Shown in pieces: positions 13,456 to 25,467 of a DNA stretch of 64,000 nt. The stretch is from assembly GCA_964016885.1 (NCBI GenBank), contig OZ024743.1:332010001-332074000 (forward strand), read 5' to 3'. The stretch comes from Eledone cirrhosa. Taxonomy: Eukaryota. The position numbers and the translations under genes were made by a program. Each line of letters opens with the position of its first letter. The stretch's first letter is position 1. The notes under the pieces are model-generated. The model worked only from the letters and a program-made list of their open reading frames with translations, ran no database searches and was not told the origin of the DNA.

Positions 13456-14690
13456 AGACTGGTTCTATATTGTGACAGTATGGTAAAGAAAGGTTCTCTT
13501 TCATGACAGCATCAGATTGTTGTAGAGAGTGGTTCTATCTAATGATAGTATAATAGAGAGTGGTTCTATCTAATGATAGTATAATAGAGAGTGGTTCTAT
13601 CTAATGGCAGTGTAATAGAGAGTGGTTCTATCTAATGGCAGTGTAATAGAGAGTGGTTCTATCTAATGATAGTATAATAGAGAGTGGTTCTATCTAATGA
13701 TAGTGTAATAGAGAGTGGTTCTATCTAATGGCAGTGTAATAGAGAGTGGTTCTATCTAATGATAGTATAATAGAGAGTGGTTCTATCTAATGATAGTATA
13801 ATAGAGAGTGGTTCTATCTAATGGCAGTGTAATAGAGAGTGGTTCTATCTAATGATAGTATAATAGAGAGTGGTTCTATCTAATGATAGTGTTATAGAGA
13901 GTGGTTCTATCTAATGGCAGTGTAATAGAGAGTGGTTCTATCTAATGATAGTATAATAGAAAGTGGTTCTATCTAATGATAGTATAATAGAGAGTGGTTC
14001 TATCTAATGGCAGTGTAATAGAGAGTGGTTCTATCTAATGATAGTATAATAGAGTGGTTCTATCTAATGATAGTGTAATAGAGAGTGGTTCTATCTAATG
14101 GCAGTGTAATAGAGAGTGGTTCTATCTAATGATAGTATAATAGAGAGTGGTTCTATCTAATGATAGTATAATAGAGAGTGGTTTTATCTAATGATAGTAT
14201 AATAGAGAGTGGTTCTATCTAAAGATAGTATAGTAGAGAGTGGTTCTATCTAATGATAGTATAATAGAGAGTGGTTCTATCTAATGATAGTATAATAGAA
14301 AGTGGTTCTATCTAATGATAGTGTAATAGAGAGTGGTTCTATCTAATGATAGTATAATAGAGAGTGGTTCTATCTAAAGATAGTATAGTAGAGAGTGGTT
14401 CTATCTAATGATAGTATAATGGAGTGGTTCTATCTAATGGCAGTGTAATAGAGAGTGGTTCTATCTAATGATAGTATAATAGAGAGTGGTTCTATCTAAT
14501 GATAGTGTAATAGAGAGTGGTTCTATCTAATGATAGTATAATAGAGAGTGGTTCTATCTAGTAACAATATAATAGAGAGTGGTTCTATTTGATGATAGCA
14601 TGGAAGAGATGTTCTATTTAATGGTAGTATTGTAGAGAGATGTTTAATTTGATGATAGCATTGTAGAAAGAGGTTCTCATGATAAAGGAG
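13455..14690. repeat. 31-bp minisatellite (AGAGAGTGGTTCTATCTAATGATAGTATAAT)
   Basis: Homogeneous core 13525-14590 with degenerate units on both edges. Confidence 0.97.
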
Positions 14691-16129
14691 AGAGTAATTA
14701 ATAATTTAACAACAAATATTTTAAGACTATTTTTTGCTTATAAAGCAGGGGTTAACATTTATAGGGTACTATGATGGACTATGTGTTCCTTATGGGGAGG
14801 CTTTTTAAGGCTATAGTTTAGAGCTCGGTGCTGTTCTTCATGCCAACCTTTTTAGACATCTCTTACGGCACAGAGGTATGGTTATGTCTATTGTAAGACA
14901 GATACAGAGAGAGTAACTGATAATTAAACCAAAGATAAAATAATTTGAGATGAAGGATAGTATTAATAGCAGAAAAGATTAGTTGGATTAATTAAAAGCA
15001 CTCTAATTAGAATAATATTGACTACAGATAAATATATCAATCATTTTTTTTTTACATTATTTAAATTTAAAAATTATTTTATTTTATTTTTCAATTCACT
15101 TGTCCAGGTAGGACTTTTTTTTTTTTTTGTTTTTCAAATTTAAGAAGTACTAGATACTTCCAATAGTCTGTCATGGTTTACTAGCTCTATACGGACATTT
15201 AAATTCATTAAATAATCAAATAAATAAGCTAGAAATGGTATCTAAAATAAATCTTTGCTGTTTGTTTTTTCAAATATCTAAGAAATAAATCCATAAACTT
15301 GATATCAGACATTTTATTAACGCAACAAGATTACTAATGAGATTCCAATCAGCTGTTAATGCTGGTGAATCTAAATAGCTTAAATACAGATAAATTTTCA
15401 ATAGAAAGCTTCAATTTTTTTTTTACGTCCATGTGAAGCCACCATTGCTAAAACATCTAAATATTGGTACGCATGTGTAATTTTCCTCAATAAACACACT
15501 CACTACACGCTGTAAAGTGGCTGGTGATAGGAAGGGTATCCAGCTATAGAAATCTAGCCAAACAAAGGGTCAGGAGGCTCCTTCAGTTGTGTCAAGGACA
15601 TGATAGCCTCCCTAGTGTTGGTGATCCACATGATAAACACACTCAGTACACATCTTAAAGTGGTTGGTGATAGGAAGGATATCCAGCTGTAGAAAGCTTG
15701 CCAAACAAAGTGTTTAGAGGACCCTCAGTTGTGTCAAAGACATGACAACCTCCCATATGCACTAGGGAGACCAAGAGACCGTACATAATTGAGGCTTGTC
15801 TGGGAGATCAGTAGCCACCACTTCAGTACTGACTTGGTCTATGTAGACCCATCCAACCTTTTCTAGCAAGGAAAGCAGATGTTGAAACAATGATGATGAT
15901 GACAGTTTAATTTTTAAAAAAAAATTTTTTAAATCAAATAATAAATAAATAAAAAAAAATAATAAATAAATAATAAGTTTTCAACAGAGCTATGATTATA
16001 TATATATCTTAAACAATCTTAATATGGGTTGAAATGATATATTAAACATATATTTCAGTATAGGGTGTAATTATATATTATATATTAAACATATTTTAAT
16101 ATGCGGTAATTATATAATATATATTAAAT

Positions 16130-16352
16130 GGACAATGGCCAATGGGTGGAGAAATGCCAGGAAATTCCAGTGGAAGGAAGTCACAGTACAGGTAGAGCAA
16201 GGGGGAGCTGGGCAGAGGCGGTGAGTGCTGACCTCAAATCGCTAAGACTAGCAGAGGAAATGAAGAAAGTGACAAGTGGAGAGATGCCAAGCTGAGAAGG
16301 ACCCGTCCAACCTAAGCAAGCGTGGAAAAGTGGATGTAAAAAGGATGATGAT
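16130..16352 (+). mobile_element. Old RTE LINE 3' fragment
   Basis: agaaggacccgtccaacctaagcaagcgtggaaaagtggatgtaaaaaggatgatgat tail; related to 49000-49320 and 60220-60640. Confidence 0.7.
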
Positions 16353-16669
16353 ATTAAACATATATTTTAATATATGGAGAAGTGATCATTCATGATCATT
16401 ATTTAACACTTGGTTTCCATGTTGGCATGGGTTGGGGAGATTTTTCATTGTCTGAGACTAGACAGGTTGGAATGATTCAAGAAATAATACAACTAATAGG
16501 GAGCCCAACCAAGATTATTAGCACTAGTACCATTAATTGCACCTGTTAGTCTCTTGGGTGACCTCAGGAAGAACTGAAATAACAGCTAAATATAAAAAAA
16601 TTAGCATTTCATTGGGGTAAACAAAATTTTGTATGCCTAACAGTGCTGTCCTTGTGGCAGATCAACAAA

Positions 16670-16817
16670 TTAACCCTTTTAATGCCATATTTCTAATGAA
16701 AGACATTATCTATGTCATTAACCCTTTCAATAACATATTTCTAATGAAAGACATTATCTATGTCATTAACTCTTTCATTGCCATATTTCTAATGAAAACA
16801 CTGCTTATGTCATTAAC
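16670..16817. repeat. 48-bp tandem repeat x3 of a TTAACCCTTT (piggyBac-like) terminus
   Basis: ttaaccctt...catatttctaatgaaagacattatctatgtca repeated. Confidence 0.75.
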
Positions 16818-17489
16818 CCCGGTATCAATATTCAGTTCTGTGAAGAAATTTTCAATCAATCACTGATTGAAATTGAGGATCAATGTTTGGTCATGGGCAG
16901 AGAAAATATGCAAGAGTCTAATTCCAGGCTGCCAAAGACAAACCATCAAGTGAGTGCTTGAACTTCAAGAGATTGCAAGAGACAAAATATCACAAAACAG
17001 TTGGCTGCATTTATGAATGAACATGAGCCTAAACTTCTTCCAGGACAATAGTGTGCATATTATGAAATCCTTTCTTCCTTCAGAGAAAAAAGAGGAGGAA
17101 TTTTCTTTCTTGATGCTCCAGGTGGCACAGGTAGAACATTTGTAACAACATTGCTTTTCTCATGGTCACTTTACGTTGGTTGCTCCAGGGTGGAAAGTTT
17201 ATGAAGCATATTTGTGTATGCTCCAAGCCAAAAAAACAAAGAATGTTGTTTACCCAGAAGCTCTTACTTAATTTCTTTCAACATATGTGATAGAATTTAT
17301 CTCCACATAAAAATTTAATTTTTGTATTTTCATTTTTGATTATGAATTCAGAATTGATTTCACCATGTACTTTGATTGAAGAATAAAGGAAATTTAGAAT
17401 AACATTTCTATACTACATGTTTTTGCCTCCTTCTTCTAATGTATAAGGACCATTTTCATTCCTGGTCAATGCTAGGCGCCTTTGTTAAT
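16815..17489 (+). mobile_element. Internally deleted Helitron relic (PIF1-type helicase fragments plus 3' hairpin)
   Basis: Translates EEIFNQSLIEIEDQC, then EPKLLPGQ*...GGIFFLDAPGGTGRTF (Walker A), then directly FSHG/LYVGCSRV and TKNVVYPEALT*; decayed 3' hairpin cctggtcaatgctagg at 17461-17476. Confidence 0.85.
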
Positions 17490-17972
17490 ATATATATATA
17501 TATATATGAATGTATGTATAGTATATTTGGCAACATACCATATGTTTGATGAAACATACAGTATATTGCCAAATATACCGTATGTTTAATCATGTATACC
17601 TCACTATTTCAGAGCACCAATCCTAATATATATATATCATCATCATCATTTCATCATTTCATTTTACGTCCGCTTTTCCCTGCTTGCAAGAGTGGGACGG
17701 GAACTGATTCTGGCTATATATATATATAGAGAGAGAGAGAGAGTCTGAAGTTCTGAGACCAAGGAGACCACTAACCATTGGAGTACTCAATGCATGGGGA
17801 GATGCAGAGTGGGTAGAGAGAAGTTAAATCCCAACTGCAGCAGGAAGCAGTTTCAGCTTGTGCGTTCAGTAAGCTTTTTCAAGACTACACCCTTGAAAAG
17901 TCTTGCTAAACACACAAGCCAAAACTGCTTGGCCCCATGGTCAGGATTTTACATAGCCCTCTCTATAATAAT

Positions 17973-18162
17973 AGTTGTTTCTTCTTTTGGCAAAAGGCCA
18001 GCAATTATCCCAGTTCATTACTGGTACTTTATTTTATCGACCCCCATAAGGAAGGATGGCAAATCTAACTTCGCCGGGATTTGAACTCACATCGTAAAGG
18101 GCCATAACTCTACGCTGCAAAGCATAGTGTCTGACGCTTTACCGATACTGCCAATCCACCAT
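17973..18162 (-). mobile_element. SINE family 1
   Basis: Full-length reverse-complement copy. Confidence 0.85.
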
Positions 18163-19192
18163 CCAATAATATTAATAAAACTGCTATGTATATACATAGA
18201 TAGATAGATAAAATTTATAACCAAAGAGTACAACTATCAACATATATACAGATATATATATATAACTTCAACATGCTATATAAAGTCTGGTAAACACAAG
18301 ATGAAAATAGTTGAATGTTTGAAGTTGAAAGTAAGTGGAAGCAACAGAAACCTCATCATCCAACAATAAAATTATTTGATAATAAACTATCAAGTTCTAA
18401 GCCATTGCCATCTATAATTTATTCCCCTTCTTTCACAGAAGAGTTCACAGAAGTCAGAAGAAGTATTTGTAGTAGCTATTAGTACCATTTCTGGCTATTG
18501 GCAGTGTGTGTGTGTGCGCACGTGCACACCTGTGTATGTATGTGTATATATATATATATGTATATCCATACATATGTATATGTGTGTACATATATGTACA
18601 TGTATACACATACATACATACATACATATGTGTATACACAAACACACATGTATGTGTATACATATATGTATGTATATATGAGTATGTGTGTGTGTGTATG
18701 TGTGTGTGTGTATATAACATTGTTGGAAAGCGGACTTTAAAACAACAATGATGAGATATATATAAATATATACACATGTATGTATATAAATATATACATA
18801 TGTATGTATGTGTGTATAGAGGGGGGGGGGGAGACTTAAGAGAGAGATGACTGCAACAAAGAACCAAAGTAATGGAGGAATTTGGAAAAAAATATATATT
18901 TGGTGGGAAAGAGAGAAAGAGTGTAGGAGAGAGCAAATGGGAGGGGGAGAGAAAGAGTGTAGGAGAGAGCAAGTGTAGGGAGAGGGGGAGTAGTAGAAGA
19001 GTAAGTGCAAGGAAGGAGATATGGGGAGGAGCTGTAGTGAATATAAAAGCCAAAAAAAAGAAGAAAAGAGAACAAAGCTTCCTGGAGAAGAACAACAACC
19101 GTTTAATCTACACAGGCACCTATAAAAAACAGATATTAAAGCAACTCTGATAGTGTTAATAGTATTGGTGTTATTGTTCTTGTTGTTGTTAA

Positions 19193-19654
19193 TAATGGTT
19201 TCTGATTTAGGCACAAGGCGGCCATCAATTTTGGGGGAGGGAACAGTTGATTGAATCAACCCAGTGCGCGACTGGTACTTTATTTTATCGTCCCTGTAAG
19301 AATGATGGGCAAAACTAACCTCTGTGGGATTTGAACTCAGAACATAAAAGTACGTAGCTATAAGCTACAAAGCATGTTGTCTGATGCTCTACCGATCCAC
19401 ATTATAGACGTTGAATCACTGCACATATAACCAGGAAAGTACTGTCCGTCTAATATGCTTGTTGAAAATTGACAGACGGAGAGAGAGTAATTAGCTTATT
19501 TATCATGTAAACCATTAATAATTAGTTTCTACTTTTGGCACAAGGCCAGCAATTACCCAGTGTATCACTGGTACTTTATTTTATCTACCCCGTAAGGATG
19601 AAAGGCAAAGTTAACCTTGGCAGGATTTGAACTCAGACCGTAAAGGGACGTAAC

Positions 19655-19685
<31 letters not shown>

Positions 19686-20225
19686 TTATAACTTACGTAT
19701 AGGGCTCGAAATTTGTGGGGAGGGGAAAGTCAATTACTCTTGAATAATCATTGTCCCCCTGCTTATCAATTGTTTCAGATTTTTTCCAATATGTATACTA
19801 AATGACTAATTCTGGTTTTTAAAATATTCAACAGAAACCACATAGAAAAATCACTGATTTTTCAAGTCCACCCACCCCTTTATTATTTGGGACCCAGTAT
19901 GCGTAGAGGGTCGGACGCCATGCTTTGAAGCATAGAGTTACCTCTCTTTATGGTCCGAGTTCAAATCCCGCCGAGGTTAACTTTGCCTTTCATCCTTACG
20001 GGGTCGATGAAATAAAGTACCAGGATAATTTCTGGCCTTGTGCCAAAAGTAAAAACAATTATTTGGGATCTATGACTATATGGACCCCAACACTTGACTG
20101 GTAGTTTATTTTATCAACCCCAAATGGATGAAAAGTAAATTTAACCTCAGAGAGATTTGAACTCAGAATGTAGAGAACCATAACAAGTACTGCAAAGCAT
20201 TGGTCCGACACTAACAATTTTGCCG
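19193..20225. mobile_element. Cluster of SINE family 1 copies in both orientations around a DNA-transposon-like fragment (19740-19900)
   Basis: Core motif at about 19270 (-), 19570 (-), 19980 (+), 20100 (-); the fragment ending ttatttgggac also occurs at about 37160-37282 and inverted at 46975-47115. Confidence 0.75.
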
Positions 20226-20486
20226 ATGAAGATGATGATGCTGATGATGTATGAAGATTTATGAGTGTATAGAGATTCACATGACTGAACACACCCACCC
20301 ACACATGGCTATAATTCTAAGCAGCTTAAATTGGCCTTATATATGTACATAAGTTGTATATATAACTTGTGTGTGTGTATATACATACATATGTGTGTGT
20401 ATATATCCATGTGCATATATATATATGTATATATATATGCATGTGTATATATAATATATATACATGTGTATATATATATACATGTG

Positions 20487-20518
<32 letters not shown>

Positions 20519-20563
20519 TGTGTATATATATGTATATATAGAGACATGTGTATATATATAGAT

Positions 20564-20598
<35 letters not shown>

Positions 20599-20599
<1 letters not shown>

Positions 20600-22008
20600 T
20601 AATCGACCAGGTCATGAAGGTCACGGAAAAAGTAATAGCGCAACTAATCAGAGAGAGAATTGATCTAGATGAAAAGCAGTTCGGATTTGTGTCAGTCAAA
20701 AGTACAACAAACGCTCTTTTCATTGTACGACAACTACAGGAGAAGTACCTAGCTAAAAGTAAACCCCTATACTTAGCTTTCGTCGACTTGGAGAAAGCCT
20801 TCGACAGAGTCCCCCGTTCCATTATCTGGTGGTCTCTTAGAAAACTAGGTGTTGACGAATGGCTTGTGAGAGCTATACAAGCCATGTATAAAGAAACAGT
20901 CAGTAAGGTTAGAATTAACAACGAATATAGTGAAGAGTTTAGCGTAAAAGTTGGTGTCCATCAGGGCTCTGTTCTTAGCCCCCTACTATTTATTATTGCC
21001 CTTCAGGCTATAACAGAGGAGTTCAAGACCGGCTGCCCATGGGAACTCCTATACGCAGATGATCTAACGCTCATAGCTGAATCAATGACCGAACTAGAGA
21101 AGAAATTCCAAACATGGAAGCACGGCCTAGAATCAAAAGGCCTTAAAATTAACCTGGCTATGACTAAAGTTCTAGTTTGTAGGAAAGAAAATAAGGCGGC
21201 AGTCCCATCTGGGAAATGGCCATGCTCAGTGTGTAGGAAAGGCGTAGGTAGAAACTCCATTTTATGTCCCAAATGCAAAGTATGGGTGCATAAAAGATGT
21301 AGTGGGATCACAGGTAAGCTAACTAAGAACATAGATTTTACATGTGGCCGGTGCTCTGGTGCAATAAGTAGCAGCAAGTGCCCACAAAATACTAGCTCCT
21401 TCAACTGCGCAGAGGGTTCTATAGAAATAGTGGACAGCTTCCGTTACCTGGGTGACAAAATCAGCAGTGGGGGAGGGTGCTCTGAAAGTACAGTAGCTAG
21501 AGTCAGAACTGGATGGAAAAAGTTCAGAGAGCTTATACCACTATTAGCCGCTAGAGGGTTCTCCCTAAAAATGAAAGGCAGGTTATACGATGCCTGCATA
21601 CGAACAGCAATGCTGCATGGCAGTGAGACCTGGGCATTGTGTGCAGAGGATATACGCAGACTAGAGAGGAACGAAGCTTGCATGCTCCGCTGGATGTGCA
21701 ATAGTAATATACGTGAACGGCAAAGCATAAACGAACTAAGGAAAAAATTAGAAATAAGAGGGATCAGATGTTGTTTACTCGAGAGAAGGCTACGTTGGTA
21801 CGATCACGTGATGCGCATGAAAGACGACAGCTGTATAACAAAGTGCAGGGCAATAAAGATAGACGGTAGCCACGGAGTAGGCAGACCCAGAAAAACATGG
21901 GACGAGCTGATAAATTCCGACCTCACACGCTTACACCTCTCCAAGACAATGTCACTGGACCGAGACCTTTGGCGATACTCAGTAATAGAGAAGACCCGTC
22001 TTACCTAA
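20599..22008 (+). CDS. Reverse transcriptase ORF (partial, no endonuclease) with embedded PHD-type finger
   Basis: Motifs [43 protein letters not shown]; open frame. The upstream YI-rich part of ORF 20548 is microsatellite. Confidence 0.9.
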
Positions 22009-22500
22009 ATACAAAGTAAAAACCTACTACAGTCAGTAGGCATCTCTATCAAAACACCCCCCCGTCCCACCACCTCCACCCCATCCACACTGCCCCTTTC
22101 AATGTAAAGTTATGTTGGTCCCACAACATCCAGGCCGAAACAAATGAGATCGTGTGGGTGTCACGACAAAAAAACACACAGTCCACGCTGTAAATGTGGC
22201 CGTGTAAGCAACACGGTAAAAACCTCCCAGCCCCACACTGTAAATGTGGTTGGTGTTAGGAAGGGCATCCAGCTGTAGAAAACCCGCCAGACAGTCCACA
22301 CTGTAATGTGGCCGTGTAGGCAACACGGTAAAAACCACCCAGCCCCACACTGTAAATGTGGTTGGTGTTAGGAAGGGCATCCAACTGTAGAAAACCCGCG
22401 AGCAAGACAACCACTCTTGCCTCAAGTGGGAAAACCCCCGTCCAAACCCATGCAAGCGTGGAACACGGACGCTAAACCTGATGATGATAATGATGATGAT
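20599..22500 (+). mobile_element. RTE-clade LINE subfamily A, copy A1, 5'-truncated
   Basis: RT ORF, 3' UTR with internal repeats, (GAT)n tail at 22480-22500, flanked by (TA)n on both sides. Confidence 0.95.
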
Positions 22501-22668
22501 ATACGTATATATATATACATGTGTATATATATATATGTATATATATATACATGTGTATTTATATATATATGTATATATACATGTGTGTATATATATATAT
22601 GTATATATATATACGTATATATATATATATGTATATATATATACATGTGTATATATATATACATGTGT

Positions 22669-22700
<32 letters not shown>

Positions 22701-22706
22701 GTGTAT

Positions 22707-24282
22707 ATCATCATCATCACATCATCACCGTTTTACGTCCGTTCTTCCACGCTAGCATGGGTTAGACGGGTTGTTCTGTTGTGTGCAGTGTCTGGTCGGC
22801 TGACCATGCCTTGCTCATACAGGAACTGATCTGGCTTGATTTCTACAGCTGGATGCCCTTCCTAACACCAACCTCATTTACAGTGAGTGCTGGGTGCTTT
22901 TTCGCGACGCCTACACATCCACTTTACAGTGTGGGCTTGGTGCTTTTTTGCCGTGGCACCTCCACGACCACCTTGCGGTGGGGGGTGTGGGGGCATATTG
23001 TTTATATGCTTCAGCATGTACCCATAGGAGGTCGGGTACTCTGTATTACTGCGTGACGCCAGAAGTCACGGTCGTGTGTCATTGTCTTTGAGAGGTGTAA
23101 TTGGGTAAGGTCGGCTTTTATCACCTCATCACAGGTCATCTTGGGTCTCCCCACTCCGCGGTTTCCATCAACTTCTAGTGCTCTGCACCGTTTTATGCAG
23201 CTGTCATCCTTCATACGCATCACATGTCCATACCAGCGCAACCGCCTCTCCTGCACACAGCATTTGATTCCTCTTATGCTCAGTCTCTCTCTCAATTCAT
23301 TTATGCTTTGTCGTTCACGTATATTACTGTTACACATCCATCGGAGCATGCAGGCTTCGTTTCTCTCTAATCTACGTAAGTCTTCCACCTTCAGCGCCCA
23401 GGTCTCACTACCATGCAACATCGCTGTTCAGATACACGCATCATACAGTCTGCCTTTCATTCTGAGGGAGAAGCCTTTTGCAGCTAGCAGTGGTAGTAGT
23501 TCCCTAAACTTCTTCCATCCCGTTCTTACCCTAGTTATTGTACTTTCTGAACACCCACCTCCGTTGCTAATTCGGTCACCTAGGTAGCAGAAGCTGTCTA
23601 CTGTTTCTACAGGGCCCTCCCAGAGATTGGTGGTACTTGTTTCCTGTGGCTGTTTGCTGCTTGCTGTTTCAGCACAGCTGCTGCATGTGAATCCTACATT
23701 CTTAATTAAGCTTCCTGAGATCCCGCTACATCTCTTGTGTACCCATTGTTTGCATTTGGGGCAGAGAATGGAGTTCCTACCTACACCTTTCCTACATACT
23801 GAGCAAGGCCATTTCCCCGAGGGGATCTGGGTTCTGTTTTCTCGTCTACTTACAAGGACCTTAGTCTTGGTCATGTTGACTTTGAGACCCTTTCTCTCTA
23901 GTCCCTGCTTCCAGGTTTGGAATTTATTCTCTAGTTCTACCATAGATTCAGCTATGAGTGCGAGGTCATCAGCATACAGGAGTTCCCATGGGCATCCGGT
24001 CTTAAACTCCTCCGTTATTGCCTGCAGGACTATGATGAACAGGAGAGGGCTAAGAACAGAGCCCTGGTGGACCCCAACCTGTACGCTAAATTCCTCGCTA
24101 TACTCATTGCTAATCCTAACTTTGCTGACTGCTCCCCTATACATGGCTTGTACCGCTTTCACAAGCCATTCATCTACTCCTAGTTTTCTAAGAGCCCACC
24201 AGATTACAGCACGTGGAACTCTGTCAAAGGCTTTCTCAAGGTCGACAAATGCCAAGTAGAGTGGCTTACTTTTAGCTAGGTA
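22707..24282 (-). mobile_element. RTE LINE subfamily B, copy B1, 5'-truncated, premature stop
   Basis: ORFs 23428-24417 and 23011-23421 are one frame split by TGA where copy B2 has CGA; (TCA)n tail at 22707-22727. Confidence 0.95.
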
Positions 24283-24450
24283 TATATATATATATGTGTA
24301 TATATATATATACTTTTGTATATACTTTGTATATACATGTGTATATATATATATACTAGGTGTATATATATACATGTGTATATATATACTTTTAGCTAGG
24401 TATATATATATATACATGTGTATATATATAGATGTATATATATATATATG

Positions 24451-25456
24451 TCATTATCATCATCATCATCAACGTTTAACGTCCGTGTTCCACGCTTGCA
24501 TGGGTTTGGACGGGGGTATTCCCACTTGAGGCAAGAGTGATTGTCTTGCTCGCATAGGACTGTCTGGCAGGTTTTCTACAGTTGGATGCCCTTCCTAACA
24601 CCAACCACATTTACAGTGTGGGTCTGGGAGGTTTTTACCGTGTTGCCTACACAGCCACATTACAGCGTGGACTGTGTGTTTTTTTGTCGTGACACCTACA
24701 CAATCTCATTTGTTTCGGCCTGGATCGTGTGGCACCAACATAACTTTACATAGAAGGGGGTGGTGTGGATGGGGTGGGGGTGGTGGGACCGGGATGTATT
24801 TTGTTAGAGATGCCTACTGGCTGTAGTAGGTTTTACTATGTATTTAGGTAAGGCGGGTCTTCTCTATTACTGAGTACCGCCAATGTCCAGTGACATTGTC
24901 TTGGAGAGGTGTAAGTGTGTGAGGTCGGAGTTTATCAGCTCGTCCCATGTTTTTCTAGGTCTGCCTATTCCGTGGCTACCGTCTATCTTTATTGCCCTGC
25001 ACTTTGTTATACAGCTATCGTCCTTCATGCGCATCACGTGCCCATACCAACGTAGCCTTCTCTCGAGTAAACAACATCTGATCCCTCTTATTTCTAATTT
25101 TTTCCTTAGTTCGTTTATGCTTTGCCGTTCACGTATATTACTATTACACATCCAGAGGAGCATGCAAGCTTCGTTCCTCTCTAGTCTATGTATATCCTCT
25201 GCACACAATACCCAGGTCTCACTGCCATGCAACATTGCTGTTCGTATGCAGGCATCATACAACCTGCCTTTCATTTTTAGGGAGAACCCTTTAGCGGCTA
25301 ATAGAGGTATAAGCTCTCTGAACTTTTTCCATCCAGTTCTGACTCTAGCTACTGTACTTTCAGAGCACCCTCCCCCACTGCTGATTTTGTCACCCAGGTA
25401 ATGGAAGCTGTCCACTATTTCTATAGAGCCCTCTGCGCAGTTGTAAGAGCTAGTAT
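24451..25456 (-). mobile_element. RTE LINE subfamily A, copy A2, 5'-truncated
   Basis: C-terminal ORF 24867-25472 nearly identical to A1; tail at 24451-24470. Confidence 0.95.
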
Positions 25457-25467
25457 ATATATATATA

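Noticed and set aside
13455-14690. CRISPR-like appearance of the 31-bp repeat
   Set aside because: Units are contiguous with no unique spacers; eukaryotic context, no cas genes.
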